Below are positions 1 through 10,647 of a stretch of DNA of 32,000 nucleotides, piece after piece. How positions within the stretch are numbered: the first letter of the stretch is position 1; every line of letters starts with the position of its first letter. The DNA comes from Zygophlyctis sp. KS116 (taxonomy: Eukaryota; Fungi; Chytridiomycota). The stretch is taken from contig BAAFSQ010000026.1 in the NCBI GenBank assembly GCA_054661495.1, positions 1 to 32,000 of the forward strand, given 5' to 3'. The notes beneath the pieces are model-generated. The model was not told the DNA's origin. It was given only the letters and a program-made list of their open reading frames with translations, and did no database searches. The translations under genes and the position numbers were made by a program.

Positions 1-359
1 TTGCTGCTTCACAAACTCCAGGTCCATCTCGAACAAAATCTCGCTTAGAACAAATAAGTGGAGATTCACAATCTTCAAGATTCAGACAAGACTTACCCTC
101 GTTTACCTTGATTGGCAATTTCTGATTATTTGAGGGATATTCTTGACAAATTCCTTACGGATAACCTTCTTTTGTGCACTTTGGTGGTCTGCCTGATGTA
201 GCATCTCTTTGACACTTTCGTACACAAGAGAGTCCATTTTCACATGGAGTAAGTCCGACTATGCAACTTTTCCCTGCAGGTATTGCTGCTTCACAAACTC
301 CAGGTCCATCTCGAACAAAATCTCGCTTAGAACAAATAAGTGGAGATTCACAATCTTCA
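1..359. repeat. Exact 77-nt direct repeat (1-77 = 283-359), period 282 nt = 94 codons
   Basis: Direct comparison of the two segments; the first copy is cut by the window edge. Confidence 0.95.
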
Positions 360-451
360 GATGTAATACATTTATCTCCTGCGCCAAGGATGTCTTGAGA
401 TCTTACTAACTTCAATGCAGATATGAATAACAAGTTGAGCAGAAATTTCAT
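1..451 (-). CDS. Secreted cysteine-rich tandem-repeat protein; runs off the window edge; in-frame TAA at 155-157 (possible pseudogene or readthrough)
   Basis: ATG at 451 gives signal-peptide-like MKFLLNLLFISALKLVRS, then Cys-rich modules (GDKCITSEDCESPLIC...GPGVC). The frame continues past the TAA as GICQEYP...EGKSCLNLEDCESPLICSKRDFVRDGPGVCEAA, a second copy of the module. Confidence 0.65.
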
Positions 452-475
452 TTGTTTTTGGTGCGGCACCTTCAG

Positions 476-527
476 AAACTCTATTTATAGACTGTTTGGC
501 ACTTTGACAAACTCTATTTATAGACTG
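476..527 (-). promoter_or_regulatory. Duplicated 19-nt element containing a TATA box (TATAAATA on minus strand)
   Basis: aaactctatttatagactg at 476-494 and 509-527; the proximal TATA is about 30 nt upstream of ATG 451. Confidence 0.55.
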
Positions 528-659
528 ATGATGCGCAGTTAACTGTTGGACGGTCTATGCTGTTAGGGTCACGGTGTCTTGAAAATGAAATGTCTGATGA
601 TTCAGCCTGGATACAGGATTAACATTATCATTCTTTTTATTATGTAGAGATCTTTACAA

Positions 660-724
660 CCCAGTGATGAAAGCTTTGATCTTGACTATTATTGTATGAT
701 GTCAACTAATCTTCTCTCTGAGGG
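660..724 (+). ncRNA. SNORD7: Box C/D snoRNA, predicted U6 A47 2'-O-methylation guide (mgU6-47/SNORD7-like)
   Basis: Box C GTGATGA 664-670, box D CTGA 718-721, terminal stem CCC 660-662/GGG 722-724, C'-like ATGATGT 696-702. Guide CTAATCTTCTCT (706-717) is the exact complement of conserved U6 AGAGAAGAUUAG (human 43-54); D+5 nt T713 pairs with A47. Confidence 0.85.
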
Positions 725-753
725 GAAATAATTAAATTGCTTTAAATTTATTC

Positions 754-3700
754 TTAGGCAAATTCATCTTCTCGGTCGTTTTCAACATTGGAAGTCGTTA
801 ATGACTCTAGCCCACCAAATGTAATAAAGTGATTAGGCCGGTGAATCTCATGATAGAATTCCTTTCATTTAAATTTTATAATTTCTTACCTTTGGTACAT
901 CAATAGTTAACTGATATTTCATGTCCACTCTATGCTTTGCTCCCATAAAGTTGTAATTCCATATTCCATCTCCATCCGGGACCATAAAGAATCCTAAAAA
1001 TCTGTCGCTAAGAAGTAGCTGAACCTTTTCATAAAAACTAGCAACATATCCTGCTGGGTTGGCTCCAAGATCTTTATTGGTTTTGCCCCATTCAAAACCA
1101 GATGGAGTTAATTTGTATGCTGTCAAGGAACATGATCCAGGAGTAAATGACACAGTGATTATAATCGCCCGATCTCCATCCCAAGATTCTGGATTATCAG
1201 CCATTATCCTAGAGTGCATAGTTACATCTAAAGGACTTAAAGTAGGTAGCTCGTTCGGCTGTGTGTGAATCCATCCTAAAGGTTCATAATCATTGAGGTA
1301 TTCATGATTAGGTAGCATATGAGGTAAATTAACTTGTTGATGTGTACCCCATTGCGGAACTATTACAATCGCACGAATTTCCTTAACTTGTACATTATCT
1401 GAAGGACTAACCCCGTACATATAACCAGCAATTTGAGTTCTTAAATCCGCAGAGCAAATAAATCTTTTTAGAATATTTTTGGGCATGACATACGTGTAAT
1501 TGTTTTCGTTTATATCTTCAGTGCTGACATATATGTGATTGGTTCTTAGATGAAGATTTGTAGAGGAAATAGCTCTTACTCTCCAATCAGTCTTTGACGC
1601 AAATGCTTGAGTTTCATAATTGGAGGTTGTAGTAACAATCATCTCATCTCCATGAACATTTTGAGTTTTGGTAGTGACAGCCGTAAGTTGAGATGAGTCT
1701 CTCCCTTGTTTCTCAATCTCTGCAATCTGCTGTCTCTGTAAAGAAGGCGCTGAGATTTCCATTCCTAAAATAATATCACGAATTTCAGATGATGTTAATG
1801 AGGCTACATTAACGTTATTCTTCTTGCCATAATCCGCCAAAATTAAATCTTTCAATGATACTTCTACTTTCACCCATTCCTCATCAGTCAATGTTGGCCA
1901 AATATGATGAGATTCAGTTATAACTGATTTGTCTGGACGCAAGGTAATTTTGGTTTTTTCGTTGTTAACACTTAATGCACGAAGAATCAAAATAAGTCTA
2001 GAAAAGGCAGTGTAACTAGAAATACTTTTCAGCCATTCGTCATACTAAAGGGTAAGAAAATATAATAGTCTTACCAAGTTAAAGAGAACCATTTGAGGTT
2101 CAGTAGCTTTCAAAATCAAGTCTCCAAACTTTTCCACTTTGAGGCAAGCCTGGAACGGCAATTGTAACTCCGATCCCTTTATTACTATATTAGGGAAGTC
2201 CAATAGATGAACTTCAAGAGGATCCATCATAGCTTTTCGTGTACAAATAATCTGCTTCGGTTGTTCTTCCACTGGGAGAGAGCGAATTAAAGCAGCTACT
2301 TCTTCTGCAGTTTTCCATTTAGCTAATTGACCTAGACGCTTTTGACCAGCCCAAACAGATGTATGGATCACTTTCAAAAATAGCTGTCCTGTTCTAGGGT
2401 TAAATATGAAAATTGCTCCATTAATCGGTTTAGTAGTTAAATTTCCTTCAAACGTTTTATGAATAGTAACACGATACACATTGGTATCATCAACAAACCA
2501 AATAATCTGACTAGAGAATAATTCACCGTAGTTTTGGGAAGATAGATATGGCTCGGCTGGCTCCGATGAGTAAAGTTGCAGACCTTTTCTAATACGCTCT
2601 CTCAATACATACATGGCAGGATTGGCCTTCATTATTTTACCCATTGCTTGCTGTACCAGTGGTTTCAATCCAGGGAACCAGTTACCGAATGAGCTGTGCA
2701 TATTGTATGCAACATCTATTCCAACCATTAGACCAGTAGGTGAAGGATATATGGACATATTATCAGTGGTGTAGTCTAAAAATTTAGCTCTAGTATATCG
2801 TTCAATATCGTGGGAGTCGAAGTCTCCCCAACGGAGCTGAACGTCAACCCAGAACTTTTGTGTTGTAGCAGCCTCAAAGGAATCCTTAGTATCTGTCATT
2901 AACGAAGGTTTTGAAACATTCCATTTATAAGCCGCAAATAAGAGAATATCCGCACAACTGCTGTTCATTTTGTAAGATTTACGTGGATGAATTGTTTCTT
3001 TCTGAACTGTTTCAATTTCAAGGGCTTCTAATTCCTGATCAAATACCTGACATAAATCCATAACAACTGATTCATGGATTTTTTGCCATAAATGAGCCCT
3101 GAATATTTGAATCAGCGAAATTTTGAGGGTCGGGATTTTACCATGCATGAAGATTCCAGTCAAATCAAGCTGTACTTGGAATCCTACGTATACATTTGCC
3201 CTGTTAATAGTGGGCGACCACCACAATGTAAATCGACGATTCGGGATTTGATTTAAACCAGACCGCTGAGCATTGGTGAGTTTTTTGAATTTCATAGACT
3301 CTTCAAATCCAGAAGCCTTCTCCCAAAACAACCCTTCCCATGTGGGGAAATATGTACCTTTGAAAAGCGTATGTTCCAAAATTCCTTCAACGCCACCAAG
3401 CGCTTGAATCATATCAGTTCTGTAATTATTGAGATTCCAAAGTTTTCCATCATGTCTCTGATGAGTCCACCAAAATGGATTGTTCTTCATCATACTGTGC
3501 TGCTTAAAATCAGCTCGGATTCTCCTATAGTTTAAAAGGAAACTGCTTACCATCCTTTGTCATAAGCTAATGTATGTCGGTCTTTTTGGAAAAGAGTGTT
3601 TATCCGGGGAATACCCCTATCCCAACTATCTTCAAGATCTTCGAGAGTAAGCCTACGATTTTGTGCATTAGCCTCCTGACGCTTCAGCGCATATTCTGCC

Positions 3701-6700
3701 CATACCCTTTGTGAATCGATAAACTCAGACTCCCAAGGCTGAATATATCGATAAAGATTAGGTATCGTTTGATCTTCCTCGTGAGACATACCAGAACGGA
3801 AATGACTGATACCAGTATCTGTTTGTTTAGACCATCTTAAATCCGAAGCGGGAATCAGAACATGACCCATTGAAAGCATACCCAGCCCTCCCAATTCTTT
3901 TGGAGTATAAAACACTGCCGGTGGGAAACGAGTAGGCATTTTAGAATTGAAGCCAATTTTGATACGAGTTTGTATTTTGTTCTCGCATTTCACCAAAACA
4001 TCTAAAAGCTCTCTAGTATGAACCACGGCCTCACGATAATAAGTCATTAGTCCAATTAAGGCAGTATTCCACTTGTTTGCAATTTTAGTGAAAGTTGTGG
4101 CACCAGAAGACATTAGAATCTGCCTAACTCGGTTAGAGAATCGTGCAATTGATTCATCATCCACCCTTATGAAAGCCTGCGCAGTTCTTTCCTTTGTTTG
4201 ATCATTAATTAAATTCCACACACCCTCGTTGAGAGTAAACTGCTCCTGGATGGAGCGCATTTTTGGAAGTATGCGAACATCAAATCCACACATACTGAAA
4301 AGAAGATTTGGGTTATCTCGAGAATATACAGAGACAAAACTTTCTTCCCATTCTATGGTAGTGATTGAACGAGGAAGACGATTTTTGATTTCCCAAAATA
4401 CAGCTCGACCCACTTTAAAGTAAAATAAATAAATACTTACAATTAACGTCGTGCTTAATCAATCGCATTCTGCAGTCTCTTGGCCATGCCTTTTTGTTGT
4501 TATAACCAACAACGTTCTCATTGTTTGGGTCTGGATTTTCAGTTAAGTATCTCTGAATTAAATCTCTGGCTTCCTCCGCAGTAAACCGGAAAAATATGTA
4601 AAATTTATCGATGTATCTGCAATATAGTCGTATAGGGTGGCGAGTCTCCGTTTCTAAATCCTTATATTGTAAAAAATCATTGGGTGTAGCTGGAGGCCCC
4701 GCCATGTCAGAAGCTCTTTGAAGAGAAAGCATCAAAATGTCGAGAACAAGTCCATAATACTGAACAATAAATGTAGCAAATTGAAGGCCACGAATGAGAC
4801 CATAAGCATTAACATGATTCATATCTTTAAACGTTAGCGCAACATTATTTTTAGCAGTCATATAATCAGCAATATTATGATCGACAATCAGTCGAAGAAG
4901 TCGATTTAAAAGAGTAAGATCTACTTTTTCATACATCTTACTGAATCCAGTTTCTAGCATAACATTGCACTGACCATCCTCAGTCTCCCATATATCATCC
5001 AAATTATTCAATCCCTGGCACCATTTATAAGCTAACAAAGGAGCTGGCTCGGAATCACTTGGTTTCATCCAGCTTGGGAATAAATGTCGTTTATCTGCTT
5101 CATACCATAGATATTGATCCAAATATGCATCAGTGATCTTTTCCAAAGGTTCAATATCATAAACAGGAATTAAGTGAGTGTACAGATCGGAAAATTCAAG
5201 TCCCACCTCTTTAAAAGCTCTTTGAGTTAACAGTAACCGTTTAATTCTAGAGAGACACTCATGAGGATTGTCATAAGCTTGTTCAATAAGTCCCAATTCC
5301 TCACGCTGACTTTGATTTAAGCGACCTTGCACAGAATATGCCTCTTTCAAACGCTCCAGGGCTAAAATGAGCAATTTAGTATCATGCTTGTAAGATAATG
5401 GCGGAAAAGGAATCGGAGAAAACTTCCTTGATTCTAGCCAATGCACAGTAGCCGTATAGATAGCAACTGCCTCTTCCGGAGTAACATAGGGTCCATCCTT
5501 TAAGTAGTTATGTTGCCTCTCCTGTTCTGCTTTAATCCATAATCGAGTTAACCGACCGAGATTTTTCTTTGCAACTGTTTTATCGATGGTAGCGCCTCGG
5601 CGAATACGTTCTCTGTTATAATGTGCCCCAGAAGTATACCAGTCGGCTTTTGCTTTAACATATCTCAATATCATATTTTCAATAGGGACAGGGAGACCAG
5701 GTACTTTCCATGGAATATTTGCCTTCCAGCACCTCCAGGCTTCCGACAAATGCTGCAGAATAGTTTTAGTCTTATTTGTCTTAATTCCTTCTGGCATCAT
5801 ATCCAAAATATCATGCATTACGGAAGCTCGAAGCTCTAAATCAAAGTGAGATTCAACACGCTGCTTGGACACATTTTTAGCTATTCCCTTCGATTGCCGT
5901 CCCTCAAAGTGTCTTGCTAATAAATTTCCAAGCCATCGCTCCAACAAAGGAAGAATTCCCCTTAGAAAGAATAACCAGACTCGCCATCCTGGCGCCCAAA
6001 ATCCAACTCCAGCACCTTTTCCAACAGCCCCAGTATTGAATCTATACTTAAATATGAATATCATATAATTCTTACATATATAAGATGCTTCACATCCTTG
6101 CACATTCTTATTTGTTTCATGAGCTTATACTTATAACGGTACATTCCAGTTAACTGTCCTACATGAGAAAAGGCGTATTGGATTCCATCTGCTAGCTGAA
6201 AGGCATCAATATTCCCGAGACGATACTGAACATGAGCATCAACTATCAGCTTTGTAAATCGAAGAATTTCACGCAAAAGATGGAAAGCATTCCCAAATCG
6301 AGACTTTTTACGTTCTTTAGTCGTTAAAGTTTTGACTGGCTTCAAGTTAAAGTTATAGTCCAAATGGAGATAATTAAGATTTTTCCTATGAATCAACAAA
6401 TTGAGCATATTAAATCCCTGCCGGCATACTTGCAATCCCGCTTCGACCCAATCAAGTTCCGTGGATTGGAAAAATTTGGTTGCCTTAAGCTGCCTGAACA
6501 AATACTTTTTAGCCATGGGCTTCCCAGGCTTAGATTTAAGTTCATTTAGTACATAGTATTTTAGAAGCTTTTGATATGATACTCTGACTTTCACGGGCTG
6601 ATCTGGAGGACAATGTTCCAAATACCAATTTTTAATCAATGGCACATCAATAGCCCTGACAGTTCTTCCAGACCGTTTATTGAATGGAGCAGGAGCCCAG

Positions 6701-7912
6701 TAGAGAGCAATACCTTGCGCAGTAGTATCCGTAAATAAAGGAGTATCTTCTAAAAATGGCACAACATCTTCCGGAAGTTCAAAACTGTCATCCTCATCAT
6801 CTTCATTAAATTCTAAATCTGGATGAAATGCAGGTCCTGAAACGCCCAAAGATCGAGAAGATATAGGATTAATGAGCGGATCATAGTAAAAAGCAGGTAA
6901 ATCAGGATCTTCAGTTCTAATGTACACATTAATAGGATAATGGTACCATGAAATCGCAACAGATCTAGGACGCTGATTATACAGATATGGAAAAGCCACC
7001 TTTTAATAAGAAATTTATGAAATTTACCTTGTATTCTGTCCTTATAGGCTGCCTTATAATAATCTTATTGATATCATTAAACTCATTCCAATCTTCATCT
7101 TCATCTAAATCTTTATATAAAGGTTCAAATTTTGGTCCACCAGGTATAGCAACATTCAAAGCTTTTGCAGTAAAGAAACTAGCCTTATCAAAAAGATAAA
7201 AATAATTTTTATCTGTTAATTCAGACAATAATTGATGAGCCAATCTATGAAGATTTGCCAAGATTGGTAAATTCAACTTCCAAGTTTTATAAGAAGGACC
7301 ATTAATCCAAGTAGTATCAACCAACGGTTTCCAATCATAAAACCAGTCATAAACTGCCTTATCTTCCTCCTCATCCAAATCCATTTGAATAGCATCTAAT
7401 GGTTCGACATCCAAAATATTATCCCCATAATCTAATGGTGGTTCTTCATCATCAAAGGGAGGAAATCTAATTCTCTTGAAATGTTTTCGATCTCTTTTTT
7501 CTCTTCTCATCATAATCCACATTGTACCCCATTGAGCAGTATATATTGGTTCTACAACCCAAGGAATTTCATTTACAAAAGTAATAGCGCCAGTAATATG
7601 ATAGAGCACATTAACTTCCCTAACTTGCTCCCATGGCATTGGCATATTTTCCAACAATTTTATAATAGCATGAGGAACATACTTTAAGGCTCCTAAATAA
7701 ATTCTCTTATCATGCCGATACTTTTTACCAGACATATCCCCATGATCTTTAATAATCTTCCTGATATGTTCTGGTGGCATTTTCTCTTTTTGCGGAGCAG
7801 CAACTCCAAATCTCTTCTTCACTCCAAACCTTTTATTGTTCAATGCGATCCACTTGTTTGCCTTTTCCGTACATACAGAAGACGACAGTGGTGCCACAAA
7901 ATCTGTAGTCAT
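754..7912 (-). CDS. PRP8: Pre-mRNA splicing factor Prp8 (U5 snRNP), about 2329 aa, 7 exons, no intein
   Basis: Hallmark motifs [46 protein letters not shown]. Introns 7000-7027, 6047-6075, 4413-4440, 3525-3550, 2045-2074, 862-889 (26-30 nt) restore conserved junctions (TEYK|VAFPY, KHLIY|YRFN, VLFNL|YDEW, VPK|EFYHE). Stop TAA 754-756. Confidence 0.98.
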
Positions 7913-8101
7913 TTTTGGATTTTTTAAACCTTGCCCCTGGACACTCTGACCAAGTATTGTCTTTATGAATGCATATAAGTAATATATTTTATAAATGATT
8001 GAATAGTCATAATGTTTGAATTAGATGTAAATTCACAAATAAATGATTAAGATTTGCATAATGATTAATCAAAGTGGCAAAAGTGGCACCGCGTCATAAA
8101 A

Positions 8102-8694
8102 ATGTCCGAATTTGAGTCTGGTCTTTCACTACTACGCAATATTCATAGCAACTTGAACAATAAACACGCTCTACTCCAAGACGAGTTTTCTAAATCCACA
8201 AAATTACAAAATGAAGCTTTATTAAATGCTCAAGAAAAGATTGAAGGCTTAAATTTTAAGTTATCAGAGACTGAAAATGCTCTTTCAGTAGAAAAATCTA
8301 AAAATTATAAACTCTTACAAGAAAAAAATAGTATAATTCAGAAATACAATGAACTCAAAAAAACAGCACAAACTCTGGATTCTTTTAGGAAATCTATTGT
8401 TAATATGGTTCATGAACCATCCTTTTCTCAAGATGTACCACTAGATGTAGTCGAATTACCAAGTTTTAATGATGTAAAAACCTAAAACTAACCCCTTAGG
8501 ATCCATCAGTCCTGTATAAAAGTATTAGAGATCAAGTTTCACCTTCAGATTTTGAAATTTTTGCAGATACAGTCTCCAACTTCAATGCTGGTACACTAGG
8601 ACCCTATGAAACAATCTCAAAAGTAAAACAAATGATTAATGATGAAAAACTAATTCAAGAATTTGAAAGAATGGTAATGGATGCTATTCAATAA
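8102..8694 (+). CDS. Coiled-coil protein, At4g15545-like family, about 188 aa
   Basis: Coiled coil ending TLDSFRKSIVNMV; 26-nt intron 8474-8499 with CTAAC; helical C-terminal domain LYKSIRDQVSPSDFEIFADTVSNFN recalls the At4g15545 C-terminus (from memory, not searched). Confidence 0.65.
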
Positions 8695-9465
8695 TTTTTA
8701 ATAAATTCATTAGCTTCCAAGTAAGATTTATAATCTCCAATATCAAGTTTTTCATTTTCAAGAGAATACGCGATAATTTCAACTTTACCAATTAACCAAC
8801 TAATTAATTGTCCTGATGCATCTACTTTTGATAATTCTCCTCTAGTTTCAATCATAAAATTGTCTATTAATCTTGTAGTTGATGCCTAATCATTAAATCC
8901 TATTAAAAAGAGAAAATACAGGAAAATAGTAAAAACAAGGACATCCAATCCGTGATTTAGTCTCTAAAACACTTGGTTTTTCTAAAAATTTAACTACATG
9001 ATTAGAATCATCTAATTCCAATATTCCACTTTTAGACACATTTTCATCCTTGATCTTGTATGAAAGAACAATAACTGACTCGCAACTTTTACAAAATTCC
9101 AAATACTTTTCTAGTTGAAATCCTGGAAAGAATGTATCAGATGCAATCACTAGTAGATCATCAGAGTAAAGATTAAATTCCTTGATTGCTAATTGTAAAT
9201 CCCCAATAGATCCTAAACGATCCTGATTAGATCTTGTATGATTACTTAAAATTCCTCCTTTAAAAGTCTTTGAATACTCTTTAAAGTAGACATCATTTGT
9301 AATAATATACACATTTTCTAATCCCATATCAATCCAATGAGACAATAGAGCCTTTCCATTTAGAGGTAAAAGTCCTTTTGGTAGACTAGCAAGACTAGAA
9401 CCAGCTGGTACTCCCTTTACAAAACGTGTCCCATACCCACCAGCAAGAAATAGTGTATTATACAT
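8688..9465 (-). CDS. Sugar-phosphate nucleotidyltransferase (NTP_transferase family), about 247 aa
   Basis: LAGGYGTR...LPKGLLP signature, FLEKP, terminal DIG motif; 34-nt intron 8886-8919; stop TGA 8688-8690. Confidence 0.85.
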
Positions 9466-9550
9466 TTTTAAAGGACAATCCTAATTTTAGTATAGTATTA
9501 ACCTGGAAGGAAATCTATTAAAAATCTCAAAACTTTCAAAAAACTCTTTA

Positions 9551-9986
9551 TTAATGATCAGCTTCTTCTTGGACATACTGAGTATTAATTATTTTCTAAA
9601 ATTATAATTACCTTGAATACATTCCCACAATGAGGACAACGATCAACTCCCTTGTCTCTAGGACGAAGAGTTAGCCAAATAACTTCATGAGAGTCTGCAG
9701 GGAATCCTGTACATCCAATATATCTTTCAGGATCAACTCCAGTCACTAGAATAGGTTTCTTAACTGTTCCAGGTTCACTCAGAATAATTGGATTCATATC
9801 TTCCCAAGGATCCTTGTTTTCTAATTTCTTCAAATGCTCATATCTCTCTGCTCCTGTTGCTATTTCCCAATTTGTAGCTATTTCAGCAGGTGCTTTAAAG
9901 CCTGGAATGGGTGGAGGTCCTCCAGTAGATCCTCTGAGTATGGGAATAGAGAAAAAGTGTCGTTTTAAGAGAGATTGTCTCCACAT
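9551..9986 (-). CDS. COX4: Cytochrome c oxidase subunit 4 (fungal) / Vb
   Basis: Mitochondrial presequence, ATGAERYE, RYIGCTGFP..SHEVIW, RCPHCGNVFK Zn motif; intron 9578-9611 (34 nt). Confidence 0.92.
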
Positions 9987-10124
9987 TTTAAAATATTTTT
10001 TGACTTTTTTGCGCGTCTTTTTATAAGGGAATAATATTATAGTATTAAATCATTATACCTCGAATAACAATAGGTTTGACGGTTCACTCTTGCAGTTTTA
10101 CAAGAGATAATAGACCATACACAA

Positions 10125-10628
10125 ATGAAATTAGTTGCGACAATCTCAAAAACAATTCCGATTTTTAAAGATCCTTATCCTCCAAGATGGGTTCCAATGG
10201 GATTCTTAAATTCTAGTTTTTGGTTACTCATTATGCTATTCACAACTACTGATCCGAAACATTTGGATCAGATTGAAAAAAGATACTTTAATAATCCAAA
10301 GGCAGATAATGATGGATTCATTCATACCCGACAAATGACTGTATTGGCTGGATGTATTTCTCTCATGAGTCTAGTCTCTTCTATTTTTATGACGTCGAGA
10401 TCTGTAAAGGAATTCAAAAAGGTTGGGGATGCTCTTCAGTTGATTAATTGGAGATCAAAGCCTCTAATTATTCGTAATTTCTATCAGACAGATAAAGGTT
10501 GGCCTTCAAGAGTTCCTGTAGGATTAAGGACGTGGGATGCAGTTGTTGTTGCAAATGGGAAGAAATATCTCGTCAATACAAGGGGAAAGTCTGATTTTTT
10601 AAAGGATTTTACAAGCCAAAATTACTAG
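10125..10628 (+). CDS. Small protein with two hydrophobic segments, possibly TMEM223/DUF1301-like mitochondrial membrane protein
   Basis: 167-aa intronless ORF filling the intergenic space; two TM-like stretches followed by SRSVKE; family call is weak. Confidence 0.55.
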   Translation: MKLVATISKTIPIFKDPYPPRWVPMGFLNSSFWLLIMLFTTTDPKHLDQIEKRYFNNPKADNDGFIHTRQMTVLAGCISLMSLVSSIFMTSRSVKEFKKVGDALQLINWRSKPLIIRNFYQTDKGWPSRVPVGLRTWDAVVVANGKKYLVNTRGKSDFLKDFTSQNY

Positions 10629-10647
10629 TTTACAAACCAATTCACTG

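Noticed and set aside
155-157. Alternative genetic code (UAR = Gln, as in an aphelid)
   Set aside because: Conserved genes end at TAA or TAG and their long exons have no in-frame UAR.
525-597. Second C/D snoRNA (TGATGA 526-531, CTGA 594-597; GACGGTCTA complementary to LSU rRNA UAGACCGUC)
   Set aside because: Only a 9-nt match, not correctly placed before a D or D' box, and no clear terminal stem. Worth a snoscan run but not supportable by eye.
3290-3335. PRP8 intein
   Set aside because: The known insertion site WEKA|SGFEE is uninterrupted and the protein length (about 2329 aa) leaves no room.
9596-9611. 16-nt alternative COX4 intron (likewise a 19-nt option at 11436-11454 and a 20-nt option at 8900-8919)
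   Set aside because: All are below the 24-nt minimum seen elsewhere, and the 20-nt option gives a premature stop; the longer introns were preferred.
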